Shown here piece after piece: positions 1-10,274 of a DNA stretch of 64,000 nt; position 1 is the first letter of the stretch, and the number at the start of each line of letters is the position of its first letter. The stretch lies in sequence record MN850630.1, one strand, 5' to 3'. The notes beneath the pieces were generated by a model. The model saw only the letters and a program-made list of their open reading frames with translations, did not search any database and was not told the origin of the DNA. The translations under genes were made by a program, and so were the position numbers. The DNA comes from Escherichia phage naam.

Positions 1-2473
1 CGGTGTCCTTGAGCATGGATATAGGATCTACTCTGAGGTAAGAAACGACAATAAGGCTTGGTTGACAATCCACCTCCACAAAGGTGCAAAAGGATCTGAA
101 ACTCATAGATATTTGGGTTTCCGCGAAGACGGTGTATTAGACTGCCCTAAATACATGCAGGTTGGGGATCTTACTGGTCAGCTGACAAACTGGGGACTTG
201 GAGAGTGGATACGTAGTTCAGGAGCAGAAAGAGGCTTCTGGGGATCTAAGAAAGCCGCCAAGATGGTTATCTGGGATGGCGGGATGGACGAATCCGGTAA
301 CGGCGCTCTGGAATGGGGTGTTTATAACAACCGGAAGGCCAAGTGGGAACCTCTACCTCAAGCCGCAGGTGGCACCGGGGCTACAACTCTAGCAGATGCT
401 CAGAATCTGTTCAAAGTTCCTATAGCAGCAGGTGTGAAAGACTTCTTAACACTGCCAAGAACCGCAGGGATGGAAGATGGGAAATACTACCCGATCATCG
501 TTAGAACAGATCCGTACTATGCTCCAGCAACTGGTACTGATATTACCATAGTTACCAGATCGTCATCTGGAAATTACCCTATGAACTGTGCTACCTTACA
601 GTGTCACTATAGAACTGGTGGTTGGACAGACAGAGGAGACTCTTTCTACGGGGTAGTAAATTTCTACCAGAATGAAAAAGCACTTCTTGGGATGGTTGCT
701 CCAACAAGGGGTAAACAAGAATATGTTGCTTTCTATGCAGAGGCGCGTGCTTTCCCTGTCAGCATATACGCAAGTAGAAATGTTGTCGAGGTGTTTACCA
801 GGGAGCAAGATTACCAGGTTGGCTCTGTAACAGACAATCAGGACGGTGTTAAGTTCGTTGCACCTCTCCAGTCAGCAGATTTAAATCTGGCTGTTCTCGG
901 AGATAACAATACCAACACCAGACCTATTGTTGACTTCAAAGGTACCTCTGGGTTCTACACTGGCGGCGGCACACAGTGGCACTATATAGGCACTGCTGAA
1001 CGCTATGCGATAATGAGCAAAATGAACATGCCTAAAGTAGAGCTATGGGCTGACGGTTTTGACTATTTGTGCTACAGTGGTCCTAGAAAGGCGCTATTCT
1101 CTAACGCAGGATTCCAGTGTGCATCAGATGGAACAGAGGATCTAACTAACGGCACGTTTACCTCTAAATGCGGTAATGGTGCTGGCCTTAAAGGTCAAGC
1201 AGAGTTCAGGTCTACTCCAGAGGCTGGTCAAGTTATTGTTCGAGATGTTGTGGGCACAGCTCATAGATTCTACAACTTCAATAAGGATGGTACTTTTTCA
1301 GCCCCAGGTGGTTTTGTATGTCATACTGGTGGAGACTGGAACAACCAGTTCGGGCCTAATAACCCGTCAAAAATAATGGCTGGTAATGTTAACGGTCCAC
1401 AAGACACCATGGTTGTAGGAGGTTTATCTGTAGGATTCTCGGGAAACTACGCTTTCCAGATTGCTGGCAGACAAAGTAACTTATACACCAGGTCTATAGA
1501 AGGCGGTAATCACCACCCCTGGAATAAGGCTATGCAGCACAGGGGTCAGGGTCTCGGTACCTCAGACCTTGACACCTATAATGGGTTGTGGGAAGGCATT
1601 TACCATCAATCGGCAAATAATGATGCAACATATGATCGTCATTATCCGGTAAATGAAGCTGGAACACTTATTGTGTTGCAGAATAACGCCAATAACGGTA
1701 ATGGGTGTGTTCAAGAGTATATTACCTATCACGGCGATAGATTTATACGTTATGGTAATATGGTGAGACAAACCTTCACTTGGGGCCCGTGGACCCAAAC
1801 AGGTGGCAATGGTGTTAGCTTCAGATATGGAGGAACAACTCCCGAAGGGGAAATACCGACCTCAGAGTTAAAGGTATATATTTCTGGAAGCCATGTTACT
1901 AATAACGGTGGCAACATGCCTGCGAATAGCGCTCATATGCACTATTGGGGCAACGGCAGCACAGGGGATCGCCCAAACGTGTTAGAGTTTAAGGTTCTTG
2001 ACGAGTCTCAAGCAAATTGGGTATGGAATTGCGGTACCTTGCCGGATAAATCAAGATATCTTTCTGTAAACGGTGCTGTGAATTGCACATCTGTCAATCA
2101 GAGTTCTGACAGAGACCTGAAAGACAACATATCTGTTATTCCTGATGCGTTAGAAGCTATCCGGAAGATGAAGGGTTATACCTACACTTTAAAAGAGAAT
2201 GGTATGCCTTATGCAGGTGTTATAGCACAAGAAGTGCTTGAAGCACTGCCGGAAGCAGTTAGCTCTTTCGTGCAAAGAAAGGAAATCCCAAACCCTGATC
2301 AAGATGGAACTCCTTTGATAACAGAGGAAAGATTCTACAGCGTGGATTACGCAGCCGTAACAGGCTTGCTTGTCCAGGTTTGTAGAGAACAGGACGATAA
2401 AATAACCGCCCTTGAGGAGCAGGTTAAAAAATTGACAGAGGTTGTTACTGGGTTGCAAGAGAAACTGAAGTAA
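1..2473 (+). CDS. Tail fibre protein (L-shaped fibre-like), 5' partial, with C-terminal intramolecular chaperone / S74-type autoproteolytic domain
   Basis: Frame is open from nt 2 to the window edge, so the TTG at 62 is not the true start. C-terminus has SDRDLKDNI, then GVIAQEV and a terminal coiled coil, as in endosialidase / T5 pb1-type chaperone domains. Terminator follows. Confidence 0.8.
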   Translation, partial: GVLEHGYRIYSEVRNDNKAWLTIHLHKGAKGSETHRYLGFREDGVLDCPKYMQVGDLTGQLTNWGLGEWIRSSGAERGFWGSKKAAKMVIWDGGMDESGNGALEWGVYNNRKAKWEPLPQAAGGTGATTLADAQNLFKVPIAAGVKDFLTLPRTAGMEDGKYYPIIVRTDPYYAPATGTDITIVTRSSSGNYPMNCATLQCHYRTGGWTDRGDSFYGVVNFYQNEKALLGMVAPTRGKQEYVAFYAEARAFPVSIYASRNVVEVFTREQDYQVGSVTDNQDGVKFVAPLQSADLNLAVLGDNNTNTRPIVDFKGTSGFYTGGGTQWHYIGTAERYAIMSKMNMPKVELWADGFDYLCYSGPRKALFSNAGFQCASDGTEDLTNGTFTSKCGNGAGLKGQAEFRSTPEAGQVIVRDVVGTAHRFYNFNKDGTFSAPGGFVCHTGGDWNNQFGPNNPSKIMAGNVNGPQDTMVVGGLSVGFSGNYAFQIAGRQSNLYTRSIEGGNHHPWNKAMQHRGQGLGTSDLDTYNGLWEGIYHQSANNDATYDRHYPVNEAGTLIVLQNNANNGNGCVQEYITYHGDRFIRYGNMVRQTFTWGPWTQTGGNGVSFRYGGTTPEGEIPTSELKVYISGSHVTNNGGNMPANSAHMHYWGNGSTGDRPNVLEFKVLDESQANWVWNCGTLPDKSRYLSVNGAVNCTSVNQSSDRDLKDNISVIPDALEAIRKMKGYTYTLKENGMPYAGVIAQEVLEALPEAVSSFVQRKEIPNPDQDGTPLITEERFYSVDYAAVTGLLVQVCREQDDKITALEEQVKKLTEVVTGLQEKLK

Positions 2474-2480
2474 CTGTTTT

Positions 2481-2510
2481 GCCCTCGCTTCGGCGGGGGC
2501 TTTTTGTTTG
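2481..2510 (+). terminator. Rho-independent terminator, UUCG-tetraloop hairpin plus U-tract
   Basis: gccctcgc-ttcg-gcgggggc followed by tttttgtttg, directly after the fibre stop codon. Confidence 0.8.
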
Positions 2511-2512
2511 TA

Positions 2513-2541
2513 TTGCGTATTAACTCAAAATCTGGTAAAAT
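2513..2541 (+). promoter_or_regulatory. Sigma70-like promoter (TTGCGT-17-TAAAAT)
   Basis: -35 at 2513-2518, -10 at 2536-2541; spacer shares the motif aaaatctggtaaaata with the promoter at 8024. Confidence 0.5.
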
Positions 2542-2572
2542 AACTATCATGATTGTTTAACCTGGAGGCACA

Positions 2573-3163
2573 ATGTTTTTATGGGAAAGGCCTAGATACC
2601 TTCCAGATATTAGATTGGAGCTGCTGGCAGATATTGTTACGTTTAAAAGTCCGTTTACAGGTAAAACGCAAAAAGTAACCTATGCCACACCTAACTGGAA
2701 AGGCACTTTGACGGTTTCCAATATCAGCGAGTCACAGTTGCTAGAGCTTAAGAGCTTTGTTGATCAGGTGTATAAAGATGGAAACATCTTTCTTATTAAA
2801 ACTTACGGTCACTCAGTTACAGCTAATGAGCCAATCGCCCTTGGGCCTACTGGTAACGACGATTTTTTGAAGACGGTTGGGTGGGAGCCAAACAGAGACA
2901 TAGCCAGAGCTGGGGATAAAATATCTGTCAATGATGAATTGAAAGTGGTAACAGCTCCAGTGCGTAGCGATGGTGTTGGGTCTGCTGTTATAAGCATATC
3001 TCCAAGACTTAGAAAACCTATTGCCGCAGGGGACACTATGAAGATAATAACTCAATCCCCGAAGGGTAGGTTTCATATCAGAGATATTTATAAAATTAAG
3101 CAAAAAGTCGATGCTATGCAAAAAGGGGATAATATAGTTATCAACTTCTTTGAGGATTTCTAA
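2573..3163 (+). CDS. Minor tail / tail-tip protein (position as lambda gpM/gpL), function tentative
   Basis: ORF with RBS ggagg; first of three small genes immediately upstream of the J-like gene; TLTVSN motif. Confidence 0.5.
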   Translation: MFLWERPRYLPDIRLELLADIVTFKSPFTGKTQKVTYATPNWKGTLTVSNISESQLLELKSFVDQVYKDGNIFLIKTYGHSVTANEPIALGPTGNDDFLKTVGWEPNRDIARAGDKISVNDELKVVTAPVRSDGVGSAVISISPRLRKPIAAGDTMKIITQSPKGRFHIRDIYKIKQKVDAMQKGDNIVINFFEDF

Positions 3164-3164
3164 G

Positions 3165-3716
3165 ATGATCAGAGCGCCATTAGATAATTTATTTCTTGAA
3201 AAGCTGGAGCTTGATGGTGTTGAGATCTTAATTGCTGCAAAGCTGGAGCTACCGACAGGAACTGTCAGGGTGTGCTCAGGCACTGGTGTTGTAGTAATTG
3301 AGGGGCAACATTTTATAGGGATAGGGGGATCAGCAACATTAACTGCTGTGTCTGAGAAAGATGCCACCAACTTCGGATCTGTGGTAGCAACATTGAACGG
3401 GTTTGATCCTAAGTATGTGGGTGATCTGCTGAAGACGGAGTATTCTGGTTGTCGTGCCACGTTGTACATTACCGCTATGGAGAATGGTCTACCTGTCACA
3501 ACTAATGGCTTGTTTGACGGCCTTATAACAGATATGGCTATTCAGACAGGTGAGAATAGTGCTTTGTCCATATCCATCTCTTCCATCTTCAACAGTTGGT
3601 TAAGAGGTTTTCCTTATCGGTACACGGAGGAAAGCCACAGCTCAAGAAACGATAATGACAGATTTTTTAAATATGTGGATCAGGTGGCGAGCCGCCCGAT
3701 CATTTGGGAGGTTTAA
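3165..3716 (+). CDS. Minor tail protein (tentative)
   Basis: ORF track starts at TTG 3150; the ATG at 3165 has an RBS (gagga) 8 nt upstream and TAATG-type coupling to the next gene. Confidence 0.5.
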   Translation: MIRAPLDNLFLEKLELDGVEILIAAKLELPTGTVRVCSGTGVVVIEGQHFIGIGGSATLTAVSEKDATNFGSVVATLNGFDPKYVGDLLKTEYSGCRATLYITAMENGLPVTTNGLFDGLITDMAIQTGENSALSISISSIFNSWLRGFPYRYTEESHSSRNDNDRFFKYVDQVASRPIIWEV

Positions 3717-4141
3717 TGAGCACACACCCTCGTTTAGTGGATTGGCAAGAAAGATTGTGGAAAGTGTTTGACGAAGAGGCCACCATACCTTTTGAATGGG
3801 GATTCCACGATTGTTGCACCTTTGCGGCTAAGTGTGTTGATGCCCAATACGGAACAGATTTTCTTTCCAACTTCGAAGGAACGTATAAAACAGAGTTGGA
3901 AAGCAAAAGATGGTGCATGCTTCGTTTCAAAACTACACACCTGCCTACTATTTTTGATCTCTTTATGACTCGACTGGATACTCCTAAACAGGTTCAGCGT
4001 GGCGATATTGTTATTTTCGAAGGTCTGAACGGGCTCACCGCTGGTGTGTTCTGGAACAACCAGATTTGCGCGAAAGGTGATAAAGGGGTCTTTATGTTCG
4101 ACATGAAAGATTCTATCGTTGTTGATGTCTGGAGGTATTAA
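3716..4141 (+). CDS. Tail-tip assembly protein with NlpC/P60-like Cys motif (gpK-like, tentative)
   Basis: ATG at 3716 overlaps the upstream stop (TAATG); motif GFHDCCTF...RGDIVIF; sits directly upstream of the J-like gene. Confidence 0.5.
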   Translation: MSTHPRLVDWQERLWKVFDEEATIPFEWGFHDCCTFAAKCVDAQYGTDFLSNFEGTYKTELESKRWCMLRFKTTHLPTIFDLFMTRLDTPKQVQRGDIVIFEGLNGLTAGVFWNNQICAKGDKGVFMFDMKDSIVVDVWRY

Positions 4142-7100
4142 TGCCAATTGCAATGATTGATAACATCGTTGCTTCTGCAAGATCTTCAAGTTATGACTGG
4201 AACGCATCCAAGGCAGCTCTGGCTGACAGCCTGAACACTGTGACCACCAGAACTTTGGATAAGATTTTTGAGGGCAACAAATCTTACAGAAGTCAGCAAG
4301 ATAGACAAAAGCTTCTCAGATCTTCTGCTGCACCTTGCTCTGTAGTGTATGGAAAGACACGCACATCTGGATTGCTTGCGTTTTTGGAGCAGGATAGCGA
4401 CAGAACCCTCCATTGTGCTATTGTTCTTGCCAATCACCCTCTGGAAGGTATAGAAGATATACTTATCGACGGTAATCCTATTTCCTCGTATGGAGATCTG
4501 GTATCGTGGGAGCTACATAACGACAGAAAAACATCTGATCCTTTCATGGGTACACACTGCCCATCATGGTCACCTGACATGATAGGTAGAGGGATCAGTT
4601 GGCTACGTGCCAGCTTCAGGTTTGACCCTAACAAGTTTCCTTTTGGGTTGCCAAACGTTACACTCGTCAAGATTGGTAAAAAATGCTATGATCCTCGTAT
4701 CAGTAAAGAGGTGTACACCAATAACGCTGCCTTGGTGATCCTAGACTATTTAAGAACGTACCTTAAATGTCCTGACGAAACCATCAACTGGGAGTCCTTC
4801 AAGGAGGCTGCCAACATATGCGACGAGGCGGTAAAAAACGCAGACGGAACCAGTGAGCGCCGTTACACCATTAACGGTGAGTTTGACATGGATGAGGCCC
4901 CAGCAAGTATTATGGCAGAAATGCTGAAAGCTTGCGGTGCAGATCTTAGTTATGTTGCTGGTAAGTATGGTTTGCTGGTTGGTGCATACTATGGCCCAGC
5001 AACAATGACACTTAGTGAGGACTGTGTCTGTGGTGAGGTTAAGATCTATCCGGAAGCCTCATTTGACAAAAGATCCAACACAATAACTGGCAGATTCACT
5101 AGCCCGACCAAAGGGTATTCTGAAACAGATTTTCCATCAGTGTTTGTCCCAGAGTGGATAGAGAAGGATGGAGAAAGAAAGATAATCGATATAGATTATC
5201 GCTTTGTTACCAGTCCTTACCAAGCTCAGCGTGTTTCTGCAATCTTCCTAAGACGTGCTAGAGCTGGCAGGATTATTGAAGTCACCTGCAATATGCGAGG
5301 TTTTAAATTTAAGCCTGGCCGTTATGTTACAATGGACCTCCCAAGTATTGGTATTGTGGGCCAAGAAATGAGGGTTCTTGAATGGGAGTTCACCAAAAAG
5401 GGCGGTGTCAAGGTAAAACTTCGTCAAGATGCTAAAGAGTGGAATGATGCCACAGGGCAACTTCCGGATTCCGGCGATGTAGATATTCCGATATCCCCGT
5501 CCGGTGTAGCTCAGCCGCAAAACTTCAGATACTCCGTTCTCCAAGCTGGGGAAGTAACTCACGGTGTTTTGGCCTGGGACAACGTTGGGACTTACGCTCA
5601 AAATATTGTGCAGGTAAGAAAGAACGGAGAGATTGTTTGGACAGCACAGACAGTTGAGCAGTTTGTCCGTGTTGAAGGTCTGACTAAAGGTTCCTACACA
5701 GCCACTGTTGTTGCAACATCTTATAAAGGTGGTGTATCTCCAGAAGCGTATTGTGAGTTTAACATTCAGGCACCTGAAGCTCCGGTTTCTGTAGAGGTTA
5801 AGCAAGGATACTTTGCTATCACCTTGATTCCGCATAGTAGGGATTTAGCAAGTGTTAGCACCCAGTATGACTTTTGGACATCCGGTATGACAAGGTTGCC
5901 CGACACCAGTGATGCAACCGTTACTTCAAACGCCACCCGTATGGGTGTTGGTTCAACTTGGACATCTGAAGGTCTGCAGAACGATAAGGTTTATTATTGG
6001 TATATTCGAACCACAAACGCTTTTGGTAGTTCTCAGTTTGTAGAATGCGCTGCACGCTGCTACACCTCTATTGAGGATTTGATGCCTCAGATAGATGCTG
6101 AATTCAAAAAGACAGAAACTTATAAAGAGTTGATGAGCACTTTGGATTCCTCTATTGAAGAGGTTGAAAATCGTGTCACAGAACTTAACAGGTACATGGA
6201 TGGTAGGGTAGATGAGGCATTCCAGCAACTTGGAGACAGAATAGGTGCGGTAGTTACAGAGACAACTCAGAAGTTTGAGGATGTCAATGGCAATATCACA
6301 GCGCTGGATAGGAAACTTGTTGCTGCACAGAACAAGTTCACCAACGATCTGAACACTGAAAGTGGAAGATTGGCATCCCTGATTGAGACAACCAATAAAG
6401 CAACTACTGATCTTCTGAACAAAAAGACAGAGGCTTTAGATGAGAAATTGGTTGCCGCCAAAGGTGAGCTGGTAGAGCAGATAGAGGGAGTTGAGAGCGG
6501 GTATTTAGCCGGAGATAAAACTCTGGATGGTAAGATCAATACTCAGAGAACAGAACTTGACGCAAGCATCTTGAGCACTAACCAGGCCACTGTGGATCTT
6601 TTGAACAGGACATCTGAAACTCTGGATCAAAAGATTAGTCAGACAAACGCGACGGTATCTAAAAACTATACCACCCTTGACGGCAAGATAACTACCGCAA
6701 AAACTGACCTCAACACCTTGATTGCCAATACCAACAAGGCCACCACTGACTTGTTGAATCAGAAAACATCTGCACTGTCAGAGCAGATAACTTCTGCACG
6801 TGGGGAGATTTCTACCAACAAGCAAGCGATTGATGCTTTGGATGGAAAACTGACCTCCACAAAAACAGCGCTGGATGCTACAATTTCCGATACCAATAAA
6901 GCCACTGTGGACCTTATCAACGGCACAGCGTCAGCTATTCGTCAAGAACTTGCTGTTGCTAAGCAGGAGATCATTGATGATGTTGGGGATGTGTCTGAGA
7001 TCAGGGCTGCAGTAGCTACAACATCTAAGGCTGTAACCGACTTAGAGGGTAAAGTAAATGCTCAATGGGGCACAAAAATACAGGTAGACTCCGCAGGGAA

Positions 7101-7980
7101 TAAATATGTTGCAGGTATTCAGTTGGGGATGGAAGGGTCTGGAGGCCAAGTTCAATCCTACTTCATGGTTAGCGCAAACAATTTTGCGGTATACAACCCT
7201 GGCAATGGAACAGCAACCCTTGCTTTCGCAATCAAGAACAACCAAGCGTTCTTGAAAGACGCTTTTATAGAGAATGGCACGATCTCCTCTGCCAAGATTG
7301 CACAAGAAATTTCGTCAAACAACTACGATGGCAACGGGTACCATAAATACGGTTGGTATATTAACAAGAACGGGCACGCCCAATTTATGGATGTGTGGGT
7401 GAAAGGCAACATCAACGCCAGTTCTGGTAACTTCACAGGGGCAGTTAACGCCACTAGTGGTACCTTCCGTGGGGATGTTTATGCCAATAATGGTAGCTTT
7501 AGAGGCACCATAGATGCAACCGGAGGTACCTTCCGTGGTCGTGTAGAAGCTTCTGTTATCCGCGCTAACCAGTTCGAAGGTGCAATTGTTGCACACAGGA
7601 CTTACGGAGATTGTGCTCCAGTATATAACTCCCGGCAAAGGGTTTGCCGTTGGAGGTGGAGATACGTAGATAACGTTTCAGGTCAGGGTAAGAACGTAAC
7701 ATTCTTCTTTAAACTGAATGGTACTCTTGCCAGCTCCCAGCTTAACGTTTGGATAGCCAGACATCAAATCCTTGCAGGTAAGAAGTACGGAAACGACAAC
7801 AACGGCATGTGTGCGGTAGGGATAACGGGTCTTGGTGAACAAACCATAGATATTGTTGTTGAAATCTACACACCATGGTCAACGTCTTCTGTAACAGGGG
7901 TCGCAATATCCTGTCCTACTGTTGTGGTAAGCCGTTCTAACTCTAGTTTCCAAGGACCTTGGAACGAGTCTCACGACTAA
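4141..7980 (+). CDS. Tip attachment / central tail fibre protein, lambda J-like, with internal coiled-coil repeat insertion
   Basis: Segments APEAPVSVEVKQGYFAITLIPHS, YDFWTS and YYWYIRTTNAFGSSQFVE match my recollection of the lambda J FN3-like region; about 300 aa of TNKATTDLLN-type repeats in the middle. Confidence 0.8.
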   Translation: MPIAMIDNIVASARSSSYDWNASKAALADSLNTVTTRTLDKIFEGNKSYRSQQDRQKLLRSSAAPCSVVYGKTRTSGLLAFLEQDSDRTLHCAIVLANHPLEGIEDILIDGNPISSYGDLVSWELHNDRKTSDPFMGTHCPSWSPDMIGRGISWLRASFRFDPNKFPFGLPNVTLVKIGKKCYDPRISKEVYTNNAALVILDYLRTYLKCPDETINWESFKEAANICDEAVKNADGTSERRYTINGEFDMDEAPASIMAEMLKACGADLSYVAGKYGLLVGAYYGPATMTLSEDCVCGEVKIYPEASFDKRSNTITGRFTSPTKGYSETDFPSVFVPEWIEKDGERKIIDIDYRFVTSPYQAQRVSAIFLRRARAGRIIEVTCNMRGFKFKPGRYVTMDLPSIGIVGQEMRVLEWEFTKKGGVKVKLRQDAKEWNDATGQLPDSGDVDIPISPSGVAQPQNFRYSVLQAGEVTHGVLAWDNVGTYAQNIVQVRKNGEIVWTAQTVEQFVRVEGLTKGSYTATVVATSYKGGVSPEAYCEFNIQAPEAPVSVEVKQGYFAITLIPHSRDLASVSTQYDFWTSGMTRLPDTSDATVTSNATRMGVGSTWTSEGLQNDKVYYWYIRTTNAFGSSQFVECAARCYTSIEDLMPQIDAEFKKTETYKELMSTLDSSIEEVENRVTELNRYMDGRVDEAFQQLGDRIGAVVTETTQKFEDVNGNITALDRKLVAAQNKFTNDLNTESGRLASLIETTNKATTDLLNKKTEALDEKLVAAKGELVEQIEGVESGYLAGDKTLDGKINTQRTELDASILSTNQATVDLLNRTSETLDQKISQTNATVSKNYTTLDGKITTAKTDLNTLIANTNKATTDLLNQKTSALSEQITSARGEISTNKQAIDALDGKLTSTKTALDATISDTNKATVDLINGTASAIRQELAVAKQEIIDDVGDVSEIRAAVATTSKAVTDLEGKVNAQWGTKIQVDSAGNKYVAGIQLGMEGSGGQVQSYFMVSANNFAVYNPGNGTATLAFAIKNNQAFLKDAFIENGTISSAKIAQEISSNNYDGNGYHKYGWYINKNGHAQFMDVWVKGNINASSGNFTGAVNATSGTFRGDVYANNGSFRGTIDATGGTFRGRVEASVIRANQFEGAIVAHRTYGDCAPVYNSRQRVCRWRWRYVDNVSGQGKNVTFFFKLNGTLASSQLNVWIARHQILAGKKYGNDNNGMCAVGITGLGEQTIDIVVEIYTPWSTSSVTGVAISCPTVVVSRSNSSFQGPWNESHD

Positions 7981-7988
7981 CCTTTAAA

Positions 7989-8015
7989 GCCCCGCTTCGG
8001 CGGGGTTTATTTTTA
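7989..8015 (+). terminator. Rho-independent terminator, UUCG-tetraloop hairpin plus U-tract
   Basis: gccccgc-ttcg-gcgggg followed by tttatttttat; same hairpin family as 2481 and 34148. Confidence 0.8.
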
Positions 8016-8023
8016 TGCTCAGA

Positions 8024-8052
8024 TTGACTATTGTTACAAAATTTGGTAAAAT
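8024..8052 (+). promoter_or_regulatory. Sigma70-like promoter (TTGACT-17-TAAAAT)
   Basis: -35 at 8024-8029, -10 at 8047-8052; shares aaaatttggtaaaata with the promoter at 2513. Confidence 0.55.
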
Positions 8053-8085
8053 ACCTTGTAGAGATTTTCATACCGGAGGAGTGAC

Positions 8086-9576
8086 GTGGCTAAGTATGGA
8101 TTGACAGAGGCTGGTTTCGTTATACCAACCCTAAATGACCTAATCGTTGAAACTAAGCAAAGCCTGATCCGTGCTTTTGGCGAAAACTTCAACGTACAGA
8201 GTAACTCCGTTGCAGATAAGCTGACCACTATCTTCAACGAGCGAGAGTATCAACTTATTCTTATGGCAGCATCTGTATACGCATCACAGACGCTGTATGG
8301 GGCAGAAGGTATTTACCTGGATGAGCTTCTTGGAAGACAGGGTATTTACCGAAGAGGCCGTTCTAAATCATCAGGTACCTGCCAGTTGACAATCAACACA
8401 ACTGTGCCGTACAATATGATTTATGATTCCAAAACTTATACGCTGGACAGTGGCAACTTTGTTCTTAGCAACGATGTGCAAGTAGCAGGGAATCTTATTG
8501 CTCACAGAATAAATGCTCCAGACCTAAGGATTGGTAAATACAACTTTCAAATTACCAACCAGACAGATGGAAGTATCAAAACAAAAAGTCTGGTTTTAAC
8601 AGATAAGTCTCTGGACTCTTCTGATTTGCCAAGCTTTTACGGAGAGATTAAGCAATTCATTGTCGATAATACAACCCTGTTGAACGACGATTTGATTCAG
8701 GTCGATATGTTGACAGGAACGTTGTGGATAGGGTACAATTCGAATCTTGATCAAGTTGGACTTAATAGTAGAGTAGATTTCAGAGTATCCCCGATTGTAG
8801 GGGAAAGAACTATCACCCTGGATGTTATCGCTAACGAGGCTGGTGAGCTGTCAAGAGAGGCAGAAACCGTGACAACAATGTCACCTACTCCCAGTGGATT
8901 TATCAAGCTTACCAACCGAGAAAGATTCAATGAGGGCAGGGATGTTGAGAAAGACTCAGAGTATCGCTTAAGAGCTTCCAGCACAAAACAGTTAACATCT
9001 AAGGCTACCCGTCCTGCAATCCTTAGCGCTGTAAGCGAGGTGAAAGGTGTTGAGAAAGTGAGGGTGTTCTCCAACAACACCGATAAAACTGATGCTAAAG
9101 GTATACCTCCTTACAAGTTCCAAGTGGTTGTGTTTGGTGGTGCAACGGAGGACATTTGCCAAGCACTTTACCAAACTATAGCCTGTACTAACAGGACTTA
9201 TGGTAATATTTTCTACGATGTCACTACATCTGATGGTCAAACTGAAAGAATTTATTACTCCAAGGCAAATACCTACCGCCTAGATGTAAGAATTACCTAC
9301 TCCGGTGCCGCACTTTCCACAACCGAAAAAGATGCCATTGTAGAGGCTCTTTTGCAGGTTGTTAACGGACTGGATGTTGCAGATACGTTGTATAATATCC
9401 AATTGGTCGGCGCTGCATCTGCTGCTGTATCAATAGGCAGATTTAATAGACTGGTAATTCAAGTTAAACCAGTAGGAGCTTCTGATGAAGCTTACACTAC
9501 AAACGATATTGTTGCGAACATGACCGAGGTGTTTGACCTCGACGAAAGTAATATAACTTTCCAACAAACTATTTAA
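8086..9576 (+). CDS. Hypothetical virion structural protein (tail/baseplate region)
   Basis: GTG start with RBS ggagg; 496 aa; located in the tail module. Confidence 0.55.
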   Translation: MAKYGLTEAGFVIPTLNDLIVETKQSLIRAFGENFNVQSNSVADKLTTIFNEREYQLILMAASVYASQTLYGAEGIYLDELLGRQGIYRRGRSKSSGTCQLTINTTVPYNMIYDSKTYTLDSGNFVLSNDVQVAGNLIAHRINAPDLRIGKYNFQITNQTDGSIKTKSLVLTDKSLDSSDLPSFYGEIKQFIVDNTTLLNDDLIQVDMLTGTLWIGYNSNLDQVGLNSRVDFRVSPIVGERTITLDVIANEAGELSREAETVTTMSPTPSGFIKLTNRERFNEGRDVEKDSEYRLRASSTKQLTSKATRPAILSAVSEVKGVEKVRVFSNNTDKTDAKGIPPYKFQVVVFGGATEDICQALYQTIACTNRTYGNIFYDVTTSDGQTERIYYSKANTYRLDVRITYSGAALSTTEKDAIVEALLQVVNGLDVADTLYNIQLVGAASAAVSIGRFNRLVIQVKPVGASDEAYTTNDIVANMTEVFDLDESNITFQQTI

Positions 9577-9587
9577 GGCGGCGAGAT

Positions 9588-10274
9588 ATGGCAGAGATTA
9601 AGTCGGATGTTAACCACATCCACACTCTGCCAGATTTTGTTCAGGGAGGTCTTGACTACCTGCCTGGAGATTTTCTGGCTGAGAAGGTTAATTTGGTCAC
9701 ATTCTTAACCGTGTACCTTAAAAGGTTGGAGGATGTTGATAAGATGCTGGTAGGTTTGGCTGAAGGAAGATTGCTTAACAATGCCAGCGGAAGATACCTT
9801 GACGAAGTTGGTAATCAACTTGGTATTCTTAGGAATGGACTTTCAGATGCTGATTTTCGTGCCACACTAATTATTCAGCAGGCCGCAGCATCAAGGGGCG
9901 GGACTCGCGAAGATGTCATCTCCACCTTGCGACAATTGTTCGGAAGAAACAATTTCGATACGTGGAAAGGAGACAACTTCAGGTTTGACATAAATATTAG
10001 AAAAACTTGCTTTGACATATTGCAGTCTATCGATCAGATCTTAGATATGCTACCATTGCCTTGTCATTTGCGTCTTACAGAATCGCAAGGGCAAGCTTTT
10101 GGTTTTGAAGGGGACCATACAGCTCTTGGCTTCGGATCAGTGTGGGAAGAAAACCAATTCGGAGTTGGTGGGCTGGCTACTTTGCTGTATGTTCCTGACG
10201 TAAGACCTGATTGGGACACCACAACCATTTATTGTGAAAGTATTACAGTAAACGCAACTAGACAGGAGGGTTAA
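9588..10274 (+). CDS. Hypothetical structural protein
   Basis: ATG with RBS; 228 aa; translationally coupled to the next gene (ATG overlaps stop). Confidence 0.55.
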   Translation: MAEIKSDVNHIHTLPDFVQGGLDYLPGDFLAEKVNLVTFLTVYLKRLEDVDKMLVGLAEGRLLNNASGRYLDEVGNQLGILRNGLSDADFRATLIIQQAAASRGGTREDVISTLRQLFGRNNFDTWKGDNFRFDINIRKTCFDILQSIDQILDMLPLPCHLRLTESQGQAFGFEGDHTALGFGSVWEENQFGVGGLATLLYVPDVRPDWDTTTIYCESITVNATRQEG

